Of a DNA stretch of 64,000 bases, positions 1-13,083 are shown one piece after another. Source of the stretch: Alloascoidea hylecoeti (taxonomy: Eukaryota); the NCBI GenBank assembly GCA_001600815.1, contig BCKZ01000026.1:1-64000 (forward strand), written 5' to 3'. Position 1 is the stretch's first letter; each line of letters begins with the position of its first letter. A model generated the notes under the pieces. That model had not been told where the DNA came from and did no database searches. It was given only the letters and a program-made list of their open reading frames with translations. The position numbers and the translations under genes are program-made.

Positions 1-203
1 ATTTATTATTTGTAATTGAATATCATATTTCATCCTTTTTATTTTGGATTATAATATAAATAACAAATTAGTGATATGTGCAATATAGTTTCATAGTTAG
101 TGTTTTTAAAGGATATAATTTTAATAGCTAATTAATTATGTTACTATTTAATGCGTAGCTATTTATGTTAAAGCAAGTTTTGGCGAACTTCACCTATAAT
201 TCA

Positions 204-2950
204 CCTTTCTTTTTTTGAAGAAACTAATCTTATTTCAGAAGATTTAGTTTCATAATCTTTTACCATCTCTGGAGCTGATTTTCTTACTCATTTAGTCGTA
301 TCCATCTAATTGAATTATCCATGAATTTCAATTTCATGAGGAAACCTTTTGCAACTTTTCTGTGATCTATAATTTCTTGTAGTTCCATTTTAGTTGAACC
401 GTCTTTATATTTTGCTGCCATCTGATATCTAACGAAATATTCCATAATCTCGTCCGCTTCTCTCGCCTTCCCTTCAGAACCTTTGATGACGGGATTTATG
501 TCTACTTCAATAGATAATTGTCCTCTTAAACTTAATTTTGGTGTTGCATTGAGGACGTGTTCAGCAAATGGGACTAATTTTATCCAATCTTTATTATTAT
601 CAATGTAGAGGCGAAGATACTTCTGAGTTGAAAGAATGGTACGTTCAACTCTACCATTGCTTTGATGAGCGGTACATCGTGAGCCTCTGTCACTGGTGAT
701 GGAGCGAGGTATACCGTGTTTGGAAAAATATAAGGATGAGCAAAAGGTCTGTAAAATCTTTGGATGCCAAATTCTTATTAATGGGGAACAGTAAAGTCTT
801 CAAAGAAAATTTATCAACAATTACTAATAAAGAGCCTACTTTATCTCCGACACATTCGGTGGGAGTAGAACTNCCTACTATATCAAGACAGACAGATGTC
901 CCTCCATCTTCCAGAAGCCCCATCAACAGTTGTAATACACACACACCCAACTTCCGATTCTGGGCTTTCAATCTCATACAATCTTTCTAAAATGCTGTAC
1001 TCCTTGTGACTATTAATGTCATTATAGGTCTTAAGAGGTAATGGTAGTCGTAAAATTTACTTTTTTCTTCATACATATTGTTCTTGTNACCAACGTAATT
1101 GCTTCGAGCTTGGGGACTCTAGAAAATGCCGATGATGGGGTTATGATCAGTTTCAAATATAACGTCGTCTCGATCAATGATGATATAGTTGAATTTGCAA
1201 ACCNCAGAGAGTAGGCCAATACGTTCCTTGTCTAGAGTTGACCATTTCAATTGGTATTCATTTAATTTGTCTGACCGACACTCGACCGGCATCCATTCCT
1301 TGTGAACCTGCCACAGAGTCGCTCCGATTGCAAAGCCTGAGGCATCGGTTGTCAATTTTATCGGAAATTTGGAATTGAAACCATATAACTTTAAGTTTAT
1401 AACGACCAATGCTTTTAATTTCTTAGTGGATGATTTGATGTCTGATTTCAGTAAGTCAGTAAGTCAGTAAGGAGTGTAGAAATCTCAGAAAATCTATCCA
1501 TAAAATGATGGAGATAATTCACTGCTCCAACTAATCTTTTAATTTCTCTCTTAGATTTAGGAGTAAGATACTCATTAATGGTCTTAATAGAATCATCAGA
1601 AGGATTGATAACTACACCATCATCAGTAGCATTTAAGATATGACCTAACCAAGTTACGGATTTTTCAAGAAAGTTACATTTATCAGTTACATTTATCAAG
1701 ATTTAAATGCAATTGAAATTTCTGGAGCAGATTAATCACAAGGCACAGATGGGTGATGTGTGATGTGTTCCTCCTCAGAGCTACGTCTATACATACTCGG
1801 CAAAAGGGATATTCGTGAAGATCACCATTGAGACATTGGGTAAANATACTTGGCGAATTAACCAAACCAAAAGGTAAAACTCGATTACAGCAAAATCCGA
1901 ATGGACACTTAAATGTGGTGTGTTCTGTCTCTTCATTTAAGCGGAGGTGATGATAGGCATTAGTAAGGTTCGGTCCAAAGTTGAGAAGATAACCGGGTCA
2001 TTAAAACCGACGACTATTTCTCTAAATGATTGTATTTCAGTAAGGAGTGTCAGACTGATACTAATGCTAANGAGAGGTCTGAAATAAATTACCAAACGGA
2101 ATTTGTCTTGGAAGTGTGGTTTTGGGACTATAAAAGCGACACAATAAGAAGTTGGAGGAACGTTTTTGATGATTTCTAATTGTAAGAGCTTTGAGATTTC
2201 TGTTTCCAGAAATTCATATTGTACTTTATTCAATTTGATTAACGGACGATGTTTTAATGTTTCAAAGTTGTCAGTTAACTGGAATTTGTAATCATATTCA
2301 GAATGGGGTGGTAATGAAACTCGTCCCGGTTTAAAGGACCACAGCAGTTTATTCAGTTTGACAATTGATTTACTGGACTCAATAGGTACGGATAAATTAT
2401 TTTCTTTAAACAAATCCCAGCCAAAAAGATCCTGTTGTTTCCTTGTTGGATCAATTAAAAATTTGTGCTGGTAGCTTAGACCTTGATCGTCGTAGATGAG
2501 GTCTATGGCGATAGTATTCTTTTCAAAAGTTCTCTTTACACACTGAGTATTGACTGTAATCATGCTTGTATTTTCAATATTGAAGTATGCAATTGTGTTG
2601 AAAATAACTTTGGAAATTAGAGAAATCTCAGAACCTGTATCACAAAGAGCTGTGATTTTTCTGTGTTATCTGGTAGAAGTAATCAGGAAGTAGGTAGAGC
2701 TTTNGCTGGTGTATCTGTCTTATAATAATGAACCTGCACTTTCTCATCATTGTTTTCCTTGCCTCTATTTTTGCTATTGTCAAATCACAGTTTTCTATAA
2801 TATTTCTTTCTGAGGTATAATTAATGTTTGTTATCCATCCTTTTATTATCCAGAAAGTGGAAAAGTCGATTGAAGCAATGTCCATATGGATCCAAAAGGC
2901 CGAAAACCAAAACAACATGTATATTCTTGTTCACCTGTTTATAAAATTAT
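204..2950 (-). mobile_element. Degenerate Ty3/Gypsy LTR retrotransposon pol relic (protease-RT-RNaseH-integrase-chromodomain-like), with multiple frameshifts and stops
   Basis: Minus-strand motifs in Gypsy order. Protease ALCDTGSEISLIS (DTG at 2641-2633, in frame with ORF 1937..2563). RT: FIVPKP..KFRLVIYFRPL, PFGLVNSP, decayed YIDD (VCIDV), KCNFLEKSVTWLGH. RNase H: LTTDASGFAIGATLWQ, ETDHNPI. Integrase: LVIVDKFS, HQSNGRVER (~665-640). Polypurine tract AAAAAAAGAAAGG at 216-204. Several N bases. The upstream (gag-side) boundary is approximate. Confidence 0.92.
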
Positions 2951-3381
2951 CGAGTCGTTAACATATTCAGGACTTAAATGATCTGAAATCTGCTTTTGTT
3001 ATGCTTGGAAATTTCCCATCAGCAATTATGATGATATTTGGAATTTATTAATTATGCATTTGTCATTTACCCTTTATATTAACTGAGCTGTTCTTTCAAT
3101 CCAGTAACATATATCAATGTTCAGGAGAAAAAAATTATGCTTGTTAATTATAAGTTATAATACTGAAATTTTATTGAATTGTTTAAGTTAATTTTTACAA
3201 TGTTTATTATAAATTGGTATGTAAAAAAGATTATAAAGTTTATATGTGTGATAATAATTTAAATTACGAAAAAAGTTTTTATTACAGATGTGAAAGTGAG
3301 AGTACAAATATGTAATATCCAGATATATCTTTGAAATCAATGTAAGTCTATATATTATTCTAATTATATACAAAAAATCAT

Positions 3382-6300
3382 TTATGCATCTTCAGGAACA
3401 TCATCATGGAAATATTTACCTTCCAAAGTAGGTTTAATAACACCAACTCTAACTAAGAAATCACCAAAATGTTCACCATTATTTCTTTCTAAAGCCCATC
3501 TTTTAAATAATGGTTTTAAAATATCAATAATTTCTTCTTCAGTTATTGAATTTCTATAAAGTTTATTAACTCTTTGTCCATAATAACCACCACCAAGCAT
3601 TAAATTATAAGCACCTGGTGCTTTACCAACAAGAGCAATTTCTGCAAGCCATGGTCTTGCACAACCATTTGGACAACCAGTCATTCTCATAACAATACTA
3701 TCATGTTTTAAACCATATTCTTCTAAAGAATTTTCAAGTTTTGTAATTAATTCTGGTAAATATCTTTCAGATTCAGCCATTGCTAAACCACAAGTTGGGA
3801 AACCAACACATGATGAAGAAGATAATCTTAAACCAGAAAAATTTGTATTATCTAATTTATATTTTTTCATTAATGATTTAATTTGAGGTAATTGTTCATC
3901 TGTAACATTACTAATTATAACATGTTGATTACCAGTTAATCTAAATTCACCATTTAAAACTTTAGCAATTTCTCTTAAACCAGTTTTTTGTTGTAAATCA
4001 GGAGTATCTTCAACTCTACCATTTTCAATAAAACAAGTAAAATGATTTAAACCAGTTTCATCTTTACACCAACCATAATAATCAACATTTGCATCTAATG
4101 TAAAAGGTTTTGGTTCTTGAAAAGTTTGACCCCAAATTTCTTCAACTTTTGATTTAAAAACTTCAATACCCATATCATCAATTGTATATTTAAGTCTTGC
4201 ATGTTTTCTATTTTTACGATCACCATTATCTCTTTGAATTTCAACAATTTTTTTACAAACAATATGAACTTGATTTGCTTCAACATAACCAAACATACTA
4301 CCAGCTCTTGGATAAGTTTTATTATTATTATGGGTTACTCCCATACCACCACCAGCAAGTACATTATAACCAACAATTATATCATTTTCATCAACAATTG
4401 CAATTAATCCAACATCAATTGAATAAACATCAATATCATTATGTGGTGGTACACAAATATTAATTTTAAATTTTCTAGGTAAATAAGTATTACCATATAA
4501 TGGTTCATAATCATCATTATTAACTTCATGTATAGCATCACCAGCAATTTTTATTTTCTTTTTTGGACCATCTTTACGTGATGCAAATATTTTTTGAAAA
4601 TCAGAATTATCAGAATCATCAGATCCTTCTAACCAAATTTCATGATAAGCAGTTGTTTGTGGTAATAAATATTCACTAATTAATGTTGCAGCTTTAACAG
4701 CTTGATTTTGAACTTTTTGATTTGTTGGTAATGCAGAACACATTACATTTCTATTAACATCACCACAAGCACCTAAAGTATCCATTAAAGTTGAATTAAT
4801 AGCTCTTATAGCAGGTTTTAAATCATGTTTTACAACCCCGTGTAATTGATAAGTACCACGAGTAGTAATTTTAAAAGTTCCATTACCTCTTGAATCACTT
4901 AATTCATCGATTTTTAACCATTGTTGTGGAGTTGAAACACTACCAGGTAAACGACATCTTACCATAAAAGCATAAGCAGGTTCTAAACCTTGAGATTTTC
5001 TTGAATCTCTAATATCTCGATCATCTTGTAAATAAATACCATGAAATTTAGTTAATTGTTGATCAGAAGCAGAAATTGAACCAGTTGTATTATCTTGAAG
5101 ACCTTCAACAATTGTACCACGTAAATAATTTGAAGCTAATTTCATATCTTCATTTGTAATTGGAGGTGGTTCATCAGCAGTTTCAATATTATCAACACCT
5201 AAAGCTTTCCAAATTTCAGGTTCCCAATTATTATAACCAGTTTGATAACCATCACCATCTTGTTCATCACCAAGACCTAAAGGAGCTAATTTTGAAGCAC
5301 CATAAAGTTCAAATTTAACATCTAAATCTTTTGAAGGTTTATTATAATAAATTTTATCCTCTTTTCTTGGCCAATATAAACTATCACCAAGTCCAAAAAT
5401 TGAATATTTAACAGATGATAAGTCTAAATCTGTTGAATTTTTAATAAAATCCCAAAAATTTCTACCATTTTGTGGGAATTCTCCTTGTCCAGCAGTTGAA
5501 GTAATTAAAATTAAATTTTCTTCAGTTGATAAATCATCAATTGGAAAATCATCCATTGCCATTACAATAGCTCTTAAAGACCTTGCTTTTGCACGTCTTT
5601 CTAATCTTTTTGCTAAAGATTCAGCTGCTCCACCATCAGAAGCATATAATATTGTTAATGGAGGACCAGCTAATCCTTGTAATAATTTTGAAAATGAATC
5701 TTTTGAAGCTTTTTGTTGTTGTTTTAAAATTTCTTTACCAAAAGATGATGTTAAATTTTTTGATAAAATTGGATTTTTTTTAGTTAAAATTGATAATTTA
5801 TTTTCACGATCTAAAAAATCTTTTAATTCTTTTTTAATTCTAAAAGAATCTAATTGAAATTGTTTTTCAATTGATTCAATTTTTGGATTCCATCTATATA
5901 ATGGCCAATAACCAGAATCAATTGATTTTTTAGTTTCTTGTAATATTGTAATTGCATTATCAGATTCATTAAAATATGGTAAATAAGCTAAAACAATTGA
6001 AGGACCATTAAAATTTTCAGCTTCAATTAATGAATGTAAAACTTGTGTATAAGAACTATAAATTGCAACTGATGAAACATAGGTATTACCATAATTCATT
6101 GCATATAAACCAATATCTTTTTTACGATGTTTTTTTGATAATGCTAAAGATTGTGGTTCAGAATCAATTATTAAAATATTTAAATTTTTATTTGATTGAA
6201 TTAAATTATGAACACCTGAATTACCAAGATCATAAGACCATGAATCAGAACCAATTATCCATGTTGATTTTGGAACAAAATAATCTTTAAAATTAAGTAA

Positions 6301-7920
6301 TTCTTTTGAACTTGAAGAAGAATCAATTGATAATAAAGAAACAATTTTTTCAGATAGATCAGAAATTATATTTTTATTTATTGTTGAAGATGATGAAGAA
6401 TTATTAATTTCAACAGACCATTTTGTTAATAAATTAATTAATTCATCTTTTTTTAATGATTTAAAATCATTTTTATTAATTAATTTTGAAACTAAATTAA
6501 TTAACTTTTGTTTTTGTTCTTCTTTAAATAAAAATTTACCAAAACCATATTCTGGATTATTTGTTAAACCACCAATATCATTTGAAGTTGAATTAATTAA
6601 ATCAAGTTTATCATTATATAATTGTTGTAAAATCTTGATATATGCAGATTCTAATGATTGTACTTGTTTAATTGTTTCTAAATTTGAATTTAAATGAGAT
6701 GATTTTGAAGAAATTGGTTTTGCACCAAGATATAAATTTTGAATTGGTTTATTTGATGATAAATTTGCATTAATTGTTTTCAAAACAACTAAAACATTTG
6801 CAAAAGTGACAGAACCTAATTGAAAAGAAACAACATTAGCAATATCCAAGCCTGAAGATATTAAACTTTTTAAATTTGATATAAAATCAAGTAATAATGG
6901 AGACCAATTAGTTGTTTGTTTAACAATTTGTTCTAATAATGCAATTTTTTTAATTGATTTTGGAATAATTGAGTTAAATTTTTCAAATGACCATGGTCTA
7001 TAAACTCTAACAAGTAATAAACCAGTTTTTGTTGAAGAAACTTTTGAAATAGAAGCTTTTAATGGTTCAATTGGAGACCCAAATAAAACTAATAAAGTTT
7101 CAGCATTTGAAGGACCAAAATATTCAAATGAAGAATATGAATGAGAAGTTTTTGATTTAATAAGATCAAATACATTAGAAATGACGGAATCAATTTCTGA
7201 ACTTGAAAGATCATTTTTTGTTTCTTGGGATTCTAATTCGGAATCAGCATCAGCATCAGCATCAGCATCAGATTTAACTTCGTTGGAAGAAGCATCAAGT
7301 ATAAAAGAAATGATACTTTGATCTAATTTAGTCACTTTAGACAAATTCTCACTAGAAGTAGTATAAAAATGAACTACAGGTTTTTGTAAAAATTTTGCGA
7401 TTGCATAAGCAGCAAGTGAAATATCTTGAGCTTCTTCTGCATTAAAGCTTTGCAAGAAAATAAAGCCAGTATTTCTTAAAGAAGTAATATGCGAATAGTC
7501 CGCTATTCCTCCAGGAGCGGTAGGTTTTAACTCTGCGTGAATGACCACCGGGGATGAAGAAATTGAAGATAAATGTGGAATTGCTCTTAAAAGAGTCTGA
7601 GAAGTGGTTAAAACCGACACAAATTCAGTTGGGAGATCCGAAACATGGGCTTCAATCGTAGCAAACGGATCTGTGTTTTCCAAAAGTGTCTTCAGCAAGT
7701 TAGTATACGAACATCGTATGAACAGTTCAGATCATGAAAACAACATACTATTTCCGAGGAGGTTGGGAATAATTGAGTCTTTGAAGATTGAATTCTGAAG
7801 ACTTTTCCACCAACCTTGGAGATCACCTCCGACAATAGCGCTAAAACGAAAAAAGCGTTAGTTTCCGCACAACCACCTCTCCACAGCTAAAAACTTACCT
7901 GAAATCGGCAGAGACGACAT
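3382..7920 (-). CDS. MET5: Sulfite reductase beta (hemoprotein) subunit, with PFOR-like and flavodoxin domains
   Basis: Flavodoxin motifs YASDGG and TSTAGQGEFP; siroheme/4Fe-4S motifs CVGFPTC and TGCPNGC. Spliced model: exons 7920-7899, 7840-7749, 7689-3382. Introns GTAAGT..ACTAAC..TAG and GTATGT..TACTAAC..AAG; frame is preserved. Confidence 0.96.
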
Positions 7921-7960
7921 TTTCAATACTTAGAACTACAAAAAAGAAGAAAAAGTCTTT

Positions 7961-8121
7961 CTTATATAAAAATGTATTGTGGCTGAAAAATGGCTTTTAG
8001 CCACTTCGTTGCTCTTTAACGAAATGTCGCTATCGCACGTGGGAAGGCGTAAGCCACACATCGTTGCACATAATTACCCAATCAGGAATATTCGTGCCCC
8101 AGATGTCCGGGTTGCGCCACA
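7961..8121 (-). promoter_or_regulatory. MET5 promoter: TATA-like box, Cbf1-type CACGTG and three Met31/32-type TGTGGC/GCCACA cores
   Basis: TATATAA ~7963-7969; TGTGGC 7978-7983; CACGTG 8036-8041; GCCACA 8053-8058 and 8116-8121. Confidence 0.65.
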
Positions 8122-8324
8122 AATTTACTGGTTTGAGACCTGTCAGCAACAACGTGGCTCTCTCATTGGTCCAGTGTCAGTCATAATCTACACTTATTTT
8201 AGGCCATTTTCATGAGTAGTCATTGGTTACATCATACAAGTTATTTCTTGTTATATGGGTATAATTATAAGTCAATATTAACGAATACGTACTAGATATC
8301 TTTTTAAACATTTAATTAATCATC

Positions 8325-11300
8325 TTACGGATATCTATATCTTGATCTTTCGGCATTTCTAGATATCATATCCTCTCTGTATCTATAATCATAAGGAGGT
8401 TCACTCCTGTAATTCTCGGATCCCATTGGATGATTCCCAGTACTTGACGATGGATTAATAGGAGCTGGGCCTAAAGCTGGTGGCGAGGATTGTGGATATC
8501 TCATCTCATATCTCATGGATGGTGCAGGTAATGAAGGTGCTAAAGGTTGTTGCTCATAAAAAGGTGGTCTATCATACTCATTAGGTGCATATCGAATTGG
8601 ATATCTTTCGGGTGACATTGGTCTATAACTAGGTCTATAACCCGGTGGAACTGGTGATAAAAATGATCCGGATTGATTTGGTGTTGGTGGTGCTGGAGCA
8701 TGTAATAATGGTGCTCCCGGATAATATCTTGCATCTCTTTCAAGTTCTAAATCTCTTGCATCTCTTTCACGATAATTTCTCAAATTATCTCTTGGATCAT
8801 AATCTCGATATCTACTTTCATAATCTCTATAATCTCGATATTCTCTTGAATCTCTATATCCTCCAACATATTCTCTAGGACTTGGCCTTGAATCTTTCTT
8901 ATCATAATAACCACCTCTTTGGGATGTATATTTTTGTGAATCATGGTTATGACGATTATTGTTATTATTTCTAAATTCATCACCACCAAAACGTTTAAAA
9001 TCTCTTGTTCTTGTTTTACGATGACCAGAAGCTGTTCCCTTTTCAATAGTACATGTTTCAATTTCACCTCTATCAATAATATCCAAATTTAAATCTCTTA
9101 AAAATGAAGTTAAAATTTTAATTGCTTCTGGTAATCCAGCTGAATAATCTTGAGAATATGATAAAATAATACGATGGTATTTAGCATCTGAATTTCCTTT
9201 ATTGATATTGATATTTTCATTTTCATTTTCATTTTCATTTTCATTTTCATTTTTAATTTTATTTTCATTATTGGTATCATCATTATTGACATTCCCACCA
9301 ATATTTGTATTTGTAATTAAATTTGAATTTGAATTTGATGATGATGAATTAATAAATTCAGGTTCTTCAACAACTTGAACTTCAAATTTTAAACCAATTC
9401 TAAAAGGAACAACAATTTTTTTTAAAAATTCTTCATTATCATTAATAAAAATATCATGAAATTTAATAGAATAAGCAATTTTAAAAACATAATCCAATGG
9501 AGAATTTGCTTTAATTAATCTTGCAGCATCATCACTTGATATACCAAAACCTCTAATTTCAATTAAATTATCACCTAATTCATTTAAATTTAATTTATAA
9601 GGATCAGGAAACATTATAAAAGTATTTGTTTTTTTTTCAACATTTAAAATTAAATCAGATTTATTTGATAAAATTAAATATTTATGAGATAATGATAAAT
9701 TAATAAAAGTATTTAAATGTTCTTCAGATCTTTCTTTAATCTGATTTTCTAATTCTTTTTTTGCAAATGGTATATTTTTAGAATTTTTTGTTGGACAACG
9801 AATTAAAACATTATCTAAAACAATATGAGAATATAAATTTGGTATCATATCATAACCATTTGAAAATTTAATAAATACATTAAATTTTCTCATTAATTGT
9901 TGAATTGCTGAACCACCCGTACCAATTACTTGTTTATGATAAACTTCTGGTATATAAAATGAAATTTCTGATGGTAATTCCTCTTCTAATAATTTTAAAC
10001 CAAAATTTGCTGATTCATAATTATTTGATAATAAATCAATATAAAAATTATATTCATTAAAAGGATTAAATTTTATAAAAACTCCATTTGATAATGTTGT
10101 TGATGAAGATGAAGATGATGATGTAGATGTTGATGTTGAATTCATAATTCTATGAATTTTACCATTTTTTCTACCAGCGATAAATTCTCTTTGTTCAACA
10201 GCTAATTCTAATCTATAACGAATCATTAATTTTAAATCATCTTTAATTAAAAATGGTAAACTTCTTAACATTGAAGTTGCTTTTTTTGAATCTTGTCTAA
10301 AACCTAAAATATTAAATTTGAAATTTGAAAATGATATTGTTGAACCACTTTGTAATGAAATACGATCTAAATGTTTTGAAATTTCGGAAATTGTTTTTGG
10401 GGGAAAATTATTAATTGATGGTGGTAAATAAATTTCTTGATTTCCTTCAATATTTTTAATTTGTCCATCATGAATTATAAATAAAACTTCATAATAATCA
10501 GTTAATAATGACATTAAATCATCAATACCTTTTTTTGCAAATTCATTTGAATTTGCTTGTATACGTATAATTGCTCTATTACTACCGATTTCAGGTAATT
10601 GTAAAAAACATCCATATTTTTTCATAATATTTGTTAACGAATTATATTTTTGTAAAACTAATAATTCATTTTTCATAATATTAATAACGCAACTTTGATA
10701 ATAAATTTTTGGAATTACTTTATTATAAATTTCAATAATTATTGATTTTGCAAGTAATACTTTTGATGATGATTTACCAGATATAAAGATTAAATTTAAA
10801 TCATGTGGATGTTTATTTTCAGTTAATGATGTATCATTTGATGATAAAACTTCAGGTAAAATATTTGGTAAATATATTTTGGTATTTGTTTGTAATGAAA
10901 TTGTTTTAAAATTGGCAAATTTACAACCTCCAATTAATGGTAATAAACTTAATGGAATTTCATCAATTACATTAATAATTTTTTTTGAAATTTTATCAAT
11001 TAATAATTCAATTCTTGTTGTTGCAAAATTAACATTATCTTTATTTCCATAAATATAAATATGATATTTCGATAATGATTGATTTGATGATGATGAAGTT
11101 GATGAAACTCCAAATAAATTTAATGGTAAATCTTCAATAAAATCAGTTATAAAAATTGAAACAGACCAAAATTTACTGATATCATTTAATCCTTTGGTTA
11201 ATTCAGGTAATAATTTGCCATCATCATAATTAAAAAAATTGTAATCAATTGGTAATGGAATAATTTGTTTATCAATTTGATAATAATTTTTTAAAATATA

Positions 11301-11792
11301 AGTTCTTGCAATTTGAACTTGTTTAAAATTTCCATATAATAAAATGGTAATAATTGAATCAGAACGATTGGATTGATTTAACTTAGCAACGATTTTAGAT
11401 GAATCCATTGGAATAAAATTTGCATCGTGATTGGTAGATTTAAAATTTGTATTTATTTCAAGAATAGATTTTAATAAAGAATCAATATTATCAACAATTA
11501 ATTTTGCAGAAATAGATTCCAAAAAAGATACATCAATAGAAGTTATAATATCATTATTATTGGTATTAGGATTCAAATTGTATCTTGACAATAATAATTC
11601 TAACTGCTGTGTTGGTTCATGCCACATTGGAGGGTTATCCTGAGAAGCATAAAGTATTGAACCATTAGCATTTTCCGGATTCGGGGAAGTTGGAAAAGTG
11701 AAAAAGGTATATTTTAAAGGAAACGCAATGGCGATTTCCTGATTCTCCTGATCCTCTTCTGAAGACGGAGGTTTAGCAACGGTGGTTGACAT
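8325..11792 (-). CDS. Multi-KH-domain RNA-binding protein (YLL032C / S. pombe Mug60-like) with R/D/E/Y- and P/Y-rich C-terminus
   Basis: KH GxxG loops EFIAGRKNGKIHRIM and HKQVIGTGGSAIQQLMRKFNVFIKFS; DNVLIRCPTKN; 1155-aa uninterrupted ORF. Confidence 0.8.
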   Translation of the reverse strand: MSTTVAKPPSSEEDQENQEIAIAFPLKYTFFTFPTSPNPENANGSILYASQDNPPMWHEPTQQLELLLSRYNLNPNTNNNDIITSIDVSFLESISAKLIVDNIDSLLKSILEINTNFKSTNHDANFIPMDSSKIVAKLNQSNRSDSIITILLYGNFKQVQIARTYILKNYYQIDKQIIPLPIDYNFFNYDDGKLLPELTKGLNDISKFWSVSIFITDFIEDLPLNLFGVSSTSSSSNQSLSKYHIYIYGNKDNVNFATTRIELLIDKISKKIINVIDEIPLSLLPLIGGCKFANFKTISLQTNTKIYLPNILPEVLSSNDTSLTENKHPHDLNLIFISGKSSSKVLLAKSIIIEIYNKVIPKIYYQSCVINIMKNELLVLQKYNSLTNIMKKYGCFLQLPEIGSNRAIIRIQANSNEFAKKGIDDLMSLLTDYYEVLFIIHDGQIKNIEGNQEIYLPPSINNFPPKTISEISKHLDRISLQSGSTISFSNFKFNILGFRQDSKKATSMLRSLPFLIKDDLKLMIRYRLELAVEQREFIAGRKNGKIHRIMNSTSTSTSSSSSSSTTLSNGVFIKFNPFNEYNFYIDLLSNNYESANFGLKLLEEELPSEISFYIPEVYHKQVIGTGGSAIQQLMRKFNVFIKFSNGYDMIPNLYSHIVLDNVLIRCPTKNSKNIPFAKKELENQIKERSEEHLNTFINLSLSHKYLILSNKSDLILNVEKKTNTFIMFPDPYKLNLNELGDNLIEIRGFGISSDDAARLIKANSPLDYVFKIAYSIKFHDIFINDNEEFLKKIVVPFRIGLKFEVQVVEEPEFINSSSSNSNSNLITNTNIGGNVNNDDTNNENKIKNENENENENENENININKGNSDAKYHRIILSYSQDYSAGLPEAIKILTSFLRDLNLDIIDRGEIETCTIEKGTASGHRKTRTRDFKRFGGDEFRNNNNNRHNHDSQKYTSQRGGYYDKKDSRPSPREYVGGYRDSREYRDYRDYESRYRDYDPRDNLRNYRERDARDLELERDARYYPGAPLLHAPAPPTPNQSGSFLSPVPPGYRPSYRPMSPERYPIRYAPNEYDRPPFYEQQPLAPSLPAPSMRYEMRYPQSSPPALGPAPINPSSSTGNHPMGSENYRSEPPYDYRYREDMISRNAERSRYRYP

Positions 11793-13027
11793 TGAATAGC
11801 AACTAGACTAAATGGTGATGGCAAGTCAAAAACAAAGTGAAGAAGAATTGAACATTTGGCACGTGCCCATACTTACATAATATATAATCAAGTGCTGGTT
11901 TCTATGCATGTTCTCAGTTATACGGTTACTATATATTCATAGTAATAGATTGCCCCGTTTTATACAAATTGACACCCGTAGATGTTCCATATAATATCGC
12001 CAAAAATGCTGAAGATTACTTATTTTAAACCCTTAAAATAAGTAATCAGTATGGCCGCAATTAAGTAAAATCATTACGATTCCATTCCCCTAGGATAAAA
12101 ATTTGATCAGGATATGTTACCTTCTCTTCTCCTTTTTTTCCTCAGAATGAAGAGCTTTGAAATAATTTTGCCGCATGTTCTTGTTTACTTTAATTAATGA
12201 TAATGCACTCCTCTTTTTAGAAATGAATATAAGTTGAAATTGAGAATTAGTTAACAGATTTATGTAAAGTAAATCGAGTTTTTAAGAAATTTGAGGTTTA
12301 TTCATTAGTTCTGGAACAAAAATATTTTCTGACTTATTTTATATAGTATTTAAAACATCTCTCTTTATGGTATGGTTAGGAAATCGTGGATAAGATATTA
12401 TATGTGTTTAATATGTGTATTTTTTCAATATTGTATTATATTGGTTTTACTATCCATATGTTATATATTATACAATCTTGTAAATCTTTTCCTAAAATAA
12501 TTAAATCACAATGAACAATGAATATCAATTGTATATTTATCATCAAATTCTTTTTCAACTTTCCATATATAATATTATTAATCATTAATATTAGAAATCT
12601 ATTCTGGAATTTGAGGTAAACTATCTCAATTGTCTTTCTTTTTTAGATGGAATAATAATTATACATAGCATTTAATAGCTATTATACAATAACATCTTTA
12701 ATATAATAAATGAACGAATTGAAATTAAAGTAAAAGACTGAATAATAAAATGAATATAAATAAAAATAGCCATACAGAAATGAAATCAATATTAATAGAA
12801 AAAACAAATTTTAAATAATAATAATAAGAAACAAAATCCTTTGAATTGAATTGAATTGAAAATTTTCAATACAAAACAAAAGATTATTCAATAGTCAAGT
12901 TTTGTATCCAATAGAAGTGTAAAATTCTAGAAACAATGAACAATAAAGATAATAATAAAAAAGAAATGATAAAAATATAACAAGGAGTAAAATCAGATAC
13001 TTTTAAACATCAACTTTCAAAGAAAAC

Positions 13028-13083
13028 ATTCAAAAATTCAAAAATTCAAAAATTTAAAAATTCAAAAATTCAAAAATTCAAAA
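13028..13083. repeat. Minisatellite (ATTCAAAA) x~7
   Basis: Read directly, one unit carries a substitution. Nearby simple repeats: (TTGAA)4 at 12841-12860, (TTTCAY)n ~13168-13222, (TA)n ~13328-13343. Confidence 0.9.

Noticed and set aside
1..203. 3' LTR of the Gypsy relic and a matching 5' LTR near 3000-3350
   Set aside because: A PPT is present, but there is no clean TG start, no second copy or PBS found, and no match to the 50/53.6 kb repeat.
13028..13083. CRISPR-like or other prokaryotic system
   Set aside because: The repeats are spacerless micro/minisatellites in a clearly eukaryotic, spliced context.
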